Part shown: positions 57,593 through 64,000 of the stretch, piece by piece
How positions within the stretch are numbered: the first letter of the stretch is position 1
How the letters are laid out: the number at the start of each line of letters is the position of its first letter
Notes under the pieces: generated by a model
Told to the model about the DNA's origin: nothing
The model's input: only the letters and a program-made list of their open reading frames with translations
Databases searched by the model: none
Translations under genes and position numbers: made by a program
Assembly: GCA_951406725.2 (NCBI GenBank)
Contig: OX597830.1
Coordinates: 74,338,001-74,402,000, forward strand
Source of the DNA: Octopus vulgaris
Taxonomy: Eukaryota
Reading direction: 5' to 3'
Length of the DNA stretch: 64,000 nt

Positions 57593-59187
57593 TATTTCAC
57601 TAGTATTGCTACTCCCTCTATCAGTCTGCTTCAACCTCCACTATTAACAAACTGAGTTGTTCATTATCTGAGTAAACCTAAGTTTAAACCTATACAAGAG
57701 TCGCATTTTCTTAAGTTATGCTTTCCAGAAAAGGAATACTTCACCTTATTATCTTTTATCCTTTACTTGTTTCAGTTATTTGTCAGTGGCCATGCTGGGT
57801 CACCCCTCGAATCGTTTTAGTCGAACAAATCCACCACAGGACTATTTTTAAAGACTAGTTCTATAATATCGGTCTCTTTAGTTAGTATGTATAATAAAAA
57901 AAAATCAAATACGTTATACGACTTGCAATACATTAATCCGATCATACGAGATAGACATTTATAATCGCAATTCCAAATCTCTGAATATTTGACATTTGGG
58001 TTTCTTTACTCGTATCATGTTTATTTTTGATGAGATGTCGTCTGATGAAAATTGAAGTAACGATGTATTCCTAATTCTAGCTATTCTAGAAGCCAAGTTT
58101 CTTAGTTATAATTCCAGAAAATTACAACTAAAACATAATCTCTAAAACAATATCTTATTTGACATCAACTTTACAGTCTAGATTCGAGACATATTATCTT
58201 ATATCTCTAGATTTTAAGCATATTAGCACAATTTATCTATTAAGACACATATGCACGATTGCATAGAGCTAAATCGTGCACCGACAAGGAATCTCCTCCG
58301 CGGTCACTCGATCTGCTAGAAATAGCATATCTCTTCATACTATTTCAAAAATATTAGATAATCTGGCACTGGAGTCCATATACACACCCAAATGTAGAAT
58401 GGCTACCATTGGAACACATTTCATCACAGGTCTACTCACTCATTGCTGAACTACAACTAATCAACGATAAAACAAACGGTCAAATCTTCTTCATATCACA
58501 GCTTTCTGTTTTTTAAAGAAGGCACATGATCCAGTGCAGTGCTGGAAATATAAAAGGAAGGTATCGTTACGTTTGGAACAAATTTGATAATATTTCTGCG
58601 GGAATAAGACTTAACAGAGAAATGTTTTCGATAGACCGGAACAAAAGAGATTGCAAAGAGACGGAGACGTTTTGCCATGTTTACTAAAACTAAGACAGTC
58701 TTAACATGTTTTTAAAAACTTGTCTAACAACACGGCGATTAAAGAAAAATTCTATGGCGAGAGCCAGTATTTCATTTTCATCGTTAATAAAAAAAGTGGA
58801 AGAGTAAAATAATTCATAGTATTTTTGAGGTAGAGATTGTCAGCCTTGATATATATTTGTTTAAGAACCAATGGATTTATGGCTACAAGACAACAATAAT
58901 GACAAGAGGCGCCAAGAAAGCCATTTCTTTTGTGTTGAGTTTATTCGTTTTTTTTTAACCCTAAAATGAAAATTGTTACGTATAAATTTGTGCTAATTCT
59001 ACTAACTATAACCTGTTCACATAAGATAACTTTGGCCTTCTGCCTTGTCAAAGACAAGTACCATATTATATTAATGAGAAAACTGTAGTAGGAAAAATAT
59101 GAATGAGATTATTTTAGAGACCCAAGTCCTTACCGCAAGGGTATCAGTAACATGGATATAAGGAAACAAACTATAAATATTATAACC

Positions 59188-59340
<153 letters not shown>

Positions 59341-59341
59341 A

Positions 59342-59372
<31 letters not shown>

Positions 59373-59678
59373 GATTATTTATTTGTTTGTTCGTCACCAG
59401 TAATACGGATTCCCTTTAGGAATTTATCGTCAGGGAACAGCTTGACGTTTTGTTAATGTTAATATGTCGCGTCAAAATCGTTTAAAGCCGAACACTTAAG
59501 GTGATATATGGGTAAGAGCGAGAGAGAGAGGGAGAGGGAGAGAGATCGTGCGTGAGAGAGAGGTAGGGGTACAGAGTATACACACGCATATGTACGCACA
59601 TAATTATATATAGATGTGTATGTGAATGAGTGTGTATAATTATGTGTACACACACACACACCCATATATAAGTGAATG

Positions 59679-59742
<64 letters not shown>

Positions 59743-59909
59743 TGTGTGTTATAAGTAAATATATAAAATCTGTGTGTGTGCACGTATGTCAACAAATATG
59801 TGTGTACGTGTATTTATATATATAATGACACAATCACTATACATTTCATTGACATTGCAGTTATATACCTGTTGACTTGACTTTCACATTTTAGCAGCCT
59901 CTCACATCA

Positions 59910-60100
59910 CACGTATGTCTGGACATTCCCCAGGGTCATTTACTCCTGCGGACAAAAGATGATGATTTAAAACTTCTTAATATATTGGAGAGGGGTTAAT
60001 TAAACAAGAAGAGTAATTGTCCAAGAGGGTAGTTGTCGAGGGGGATTTGTCCTATGGGGGTAGTAATTGTCCTAGGAGGATAATCGTCCTGGTACGGACT
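59910..60100. mobile_element. MITE-like element with inverted subterminal GGACA../..TTGTCC repeats
   Basis: Left side has GGACATTCCCC and GGACAA; right side has four to five G-rich...TTGTCC units. Confidence 0.4.
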
Positions 60101-60504
60101 TTATTCGTAACAATTGTCGTATATTTCCCTTTGTCTGTGTATAGGCTACTTCCCACAGAACTACGAAAATTCTAAACAAAATCATTAACTTTATAATTCC
60201 AAAATAATAAATTAAATAACAGAATTCTATACATTGAAAAGTCTTGACATTGATGAAGAATAGGATAAAATTTTTATATAGCAAAGTAATCCTGATAATT
60301 AAACAAATCAAAATGTGTTAAACGACACATTGTGTTAACTGCTACGTCAGGGAGATAAACCCGATTTGCTTCGCAGATTGGATAAAAGAAAACACAAGAT
60401 CTCACAAGCCGAGTAGCCACCATTAGTCTGAATACTCTACACAGCATAGAATCGAATCTAATGGGGAAAAGGATGATCATTTAACATTGTGAAAACTATA
60501 TTTA

Positions 60505-60701
60505 TAATGATTTCAAATTTTCGCCACAAGGGCAGCTTGAGGGAGGGAATACATTAGATTACATTCATTCTAGTGTTTCACTGGTACATAATTTATCGAC
60601 CACGAACGGATGAAAGGATATGTCGACTTCGGCGGATTCTGAGCGATATACAGCTAAGCATTCCGTCCAGCGTGCTAACGATTCAGCCTGATTGCCGCCT
60701 T
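60505..60701 (-). mobile_element. SINE family A
   Basis: Ends CGTGCTAACGATTCAGCCTGATTGCCGCCTT, the reverse complement of the family head. Confidence 0.7.
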
Positions 60702-61046
60702 AACAACTTTAATTATAATAAAGAGAGTAAAATGAAATGGCATGTTAAGGAGGTTTTTACAAATAGAGATGTAAAAAAAGCATTATGGACATGGAATATA
60801 TACATGTGTATGTGTGTGTGTGTCAGTGTGTCTAAATATAAATATATATAAATATGTATATGTATATAAAAATATATGCATATATATATATATGTGTATA
60901 TAAATATATATATGTGTATAAAAATATATATATGTATATATATGTGCATATAAATATATATATATGTATATGTGTATATATGTAAATATATATAAATATA
61001 TATATATATGTATGTGTATATATATACACAAATACATATGTGTATT

Positions 61047-61107
<61 letters not shown>

Positions 61108-61164
61108 TCACATACATATATACTCATATATATACACATGCATATATGTGTGTTTTAGTGCTAT

Positions 61165-64000
61165 TATTTTCACTTTATTAAATGTATTTCACGTACGATG
61201 GGTGCGGTGCCTAGTAGTGATATATTCTGTATGTAAGAAATAGTTGTAAGTCCTGCTGTATTTGTTATCTATTTGTCTGAATGTTTTTTTATCATACCTA
61301 ATGCGTCTACTATGATAGGAACTATATCTATTTTTAGATTCCACATTTGAGTTGCTTCTATTTCCAGATCTTTGTATTTTGAAAGTTTCTCCGTTTCTTT
61401 TAGGGAAACATTGTCATCTTTTGGTATTGATACATTAATTAGAAATCATTTGCTTCCTTGTTGATCTCTGGCACTTATATCCGACATATTGGCCTTAATT
61501 TCTCTATTTGGGCTTATTGGCATATCCCAGCGTATAGTTGGTTTCTGATTTTCTGTAACTTTTTCTGGCGTGTGCCTATACCATCTTTTTTCTGATGTTA
61601 TTCCGTAGCGTTGGAATAGCTTCCAGTGTATATATACAATTAAAAAAAAAGTAAGTTTAAAATGTAGATTATCAAATTATATTAACCTACTCCCCTAACT
61701 GGATATGTAAAACCGCCAAACCTTTTAAGTTTCAAACAACAATCAATAACTAATTATCTTAATCATTTTCATAATACTTAGGTAAATAAAAATCAAGTTT
61801 TACACTAAAAAATAATAGGGTATCTAATCCTAGTTTATTTTCAAAATTTCAAAGTACTAACAATAAAGAAAAACAAAAAAAAACAAATCAATTCTAAAAA
61901 TTCTGTCGTGTCTATGATTATTTTCCTTCTTAGCCAGGACTGGGCAGCCAGAGACAATATGATTTATAATTTCTTCTCCATCTCAATATATTCTGAAATT
62001 ATATTTCTTTTCCTTATATATTTTTTGGTGATTTCAGTTGGGAAGGGTTTCATCTTGTGCTACAATTAAAAATCCTTCGCTCTCTGTTTTGAGTCCTGAG
62101 CTTCCCAACTATTGTTAGGATTTTTGCTTTGTCTATATCTTTTCTGTTTAGATTAGCCTAATATTCGCTATGTAGGGGCTTTTCTTGTCATCTTTTTATC
62201 ATGATCCATTGCTCTTACAATTTTAGTTTAGATTTCAGTTGTATTATAGCTTTTGTTGTTTCTTCTTTTCCTTCATAGTTGTAAGGTACTATGACTCCTT
62301 TTTGTATTTTTCAGCTACTCTAAAAACTGAAAACACTTTATTTTTCGTATTTTGTGGCTATTTGTATTAGTTTGCGTTGCTTCTGATGTAGGTATTTCTG
62401 TAGTCCTATGGATGGTTATATTGTAATAGTTTTCTAGCTGTGTAAGGCCTCTACCACCTTCAATACGTTGTATATATAGTCCCTCTATGTCAGAATTTGG
62501 GTGGTGCAGCTTAAATCCTGTAACAATTTTTCTTGTTTTCCTGTCTATTTCAATTAGTTCATTTAGAGTCCAGTTAAGAATAGTGAAGCAACAAATTTTG
62601 ACTTTGACGTCTACATTGTTGATAACTACTATCTTGTTATTCGTATTGATCTCTGTTTTAAGCATGAATCTAACTCGTTTATAGTATTCCTTTTCTATAT
62701 TCTCTTTCATTTGTTTGTGCTGAATCGCATCTAGTTCATTGATTCCTAAGTATTTGTTGGTCTGGCTTCGATCTAATTCTCTTATTTCATTTGATTTATC
62801 TAGTGTGACGTTGCTACTCTTCATTAGTTTTCCTCTTTTCCGGATCGCTTTGGCACAATTTTCTAAGCAGAATTCCATGAAAAATTTTATTGGTAAATCC
62901 ATGTACTATCTGTGGTAACGTTTCCAGTTGTTTGTCATTTGTAGCATATACTTTTAGGTCATCCATATACGAGAGATGGCTGATTGTTTTGCGGTAACAG
63001 TTGTATCTACATCCTGTTCTGTTTAGCATACCAGATAAAGGTGTCAGTGCCAAGCTGAAGAGGAGTGAAAAGTGTGTGTCACCCTGGAATATTCCTCTCC
63101 TAACGAGGATCGGTTTGGTTTCTATGAATCCTTCTTTATCTAGAGCTGTAGTTCTGTCTGCCATTTATTCATGGAATGTTTTACATATTTTTTTGATTAT
63201 TGGTGCTACCATGTTCATAGCTACTGTTTCTAGGATGCATGAGTGGGGAATACTATTAAAATCCTTTCGGTAATCGATCCAGGTCATACTTAGACACTTC
63301 TTCTTTCTGCGGCTGTCTTCAGTTATGGCTTTATTGACCGTATGAGCCCTTGCAGCATACCTTCTGCTCTTCTCGAAACAATTTGTTTCCTTCCAGATGT
63401 TTGCCTATTCACTGCGATATTATTGCAGTAAAGGTTTTGTAAGTTGTAGAAAGTCAAGTTATCGGTATCGTTCTGTAACTTTGTAGGTTTGCAGATTCAG
63501 TGGATTTGGGTATTAAGATAGTTTTCCCTTCCGTGAGCCATTCAGACATATTCTATGACTCTGCTAGTATTTCATCAAATTTATCAGCTTGCTTTTATGT
63601 GTTCCTGCTTGGCATTTTAACTAGAAATTATGGTTCTTGTTGTGCACAGGTGCATCCCAGTTGCTTAGTTTTTGCAGTGCTTGATTGACATTTTCAGGTT
63701 GTTATAAGGATCCAGAGTTGTTCAGGTGCTGTGTTCGTTGTTTTGATAGGTTTATTGCTCAGGTTGTTCCTTCGCCGACCATATTTCTTTCCAAAATTCT
63801 TCCACTTCTGTTGGTGCTGCATTGAAATCTATTTTATTTTCGCCAAGTTCTTGGTAGAATCTTTTGGGTTTGGAGTAGAAATGATGATTCATTCATAGAA
63901 ACTTTGGCGTTTCTCAAAAGAGAGTATTCTTTGTGCTTTGACAAATATATGTTGCTTTAGCTTTTCTTTTACCTCAGGCATACCTTCTTCTCTAATTTTG
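61165..64000 (-). mobile_element. Decayed R4/Dong-clade non-LTR retrotransposon (RT + restriction-like endonuclease), running off the window end
   Basis: Minus-strand frames give MTWIDYRKDFNSIPHS, RRGIFQGD, HLSYMDDLKVYA, KYLG, HPNSDIEGLYIQRIEGGRGL, HIVSGCPVLAKKE..HRHD, RWDMPI..KANMSDI..INVSIPKD..EKLSKYKDL and LLGTA. Many stops and frameshifts. Confidence 0.9.
61636..61900 (-). pseudogene. rrnS: NUMT: mitochondrial 12S rRNA fragment inserted in the R4/Dong element
   Basis: The reverse complement of 61812-61836 is AAACTAGGATTAGATACCCTATTAT (universal 12S primer site). The reverse complement of 61711-61734 is TGAAACTTAAAAGGTTTGGCGGTT. The two are in the correct order and spacing, and the segment interrupts the R4 frame between HRHDR and YIHWKL. 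Confidence 0.9.

Noticed and set aside
61636-61900. Functional rRNA gene
   Set aside because: Only a ~265-bp internal fragment embedded in a nuclear retrotransposon.

Overview
This is a very AT-rich, microsatellite-saturated animal genomic window. It is most likely octopus/cephalopod, inferred from the SINE families, the simple-repeat content and an AT-rich mitochondrial 12S insert. No host protein-coding gene can be supported; nearly all listed ORFs are translations of (TA)n, (CA)n, (TTA)n, (GAT)n or (ACT)n repeats. The window holds one young CR1-group LINE (~17.3-21.4 kb) with an uninterrupted APE+RT frame, two tandem CCCH zinc fingers and a U-UUU-UUA heptamer at the apparent ORF1/ORF2 junction. 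It also holds decayed R4/Dong-type RLE retrotransposons (one interrupted by a 12S rRNA NUMT), RTE LINE fragments, several tRNA-type SINE families and a ~555-bp element always embedded in (TTA)n. Structural signals include Penelope-style minimal hammerhead motifs and two spacer-less palindromes centred on (TA)n. Boundaries of decayed repeats were read by eye and are approximate.
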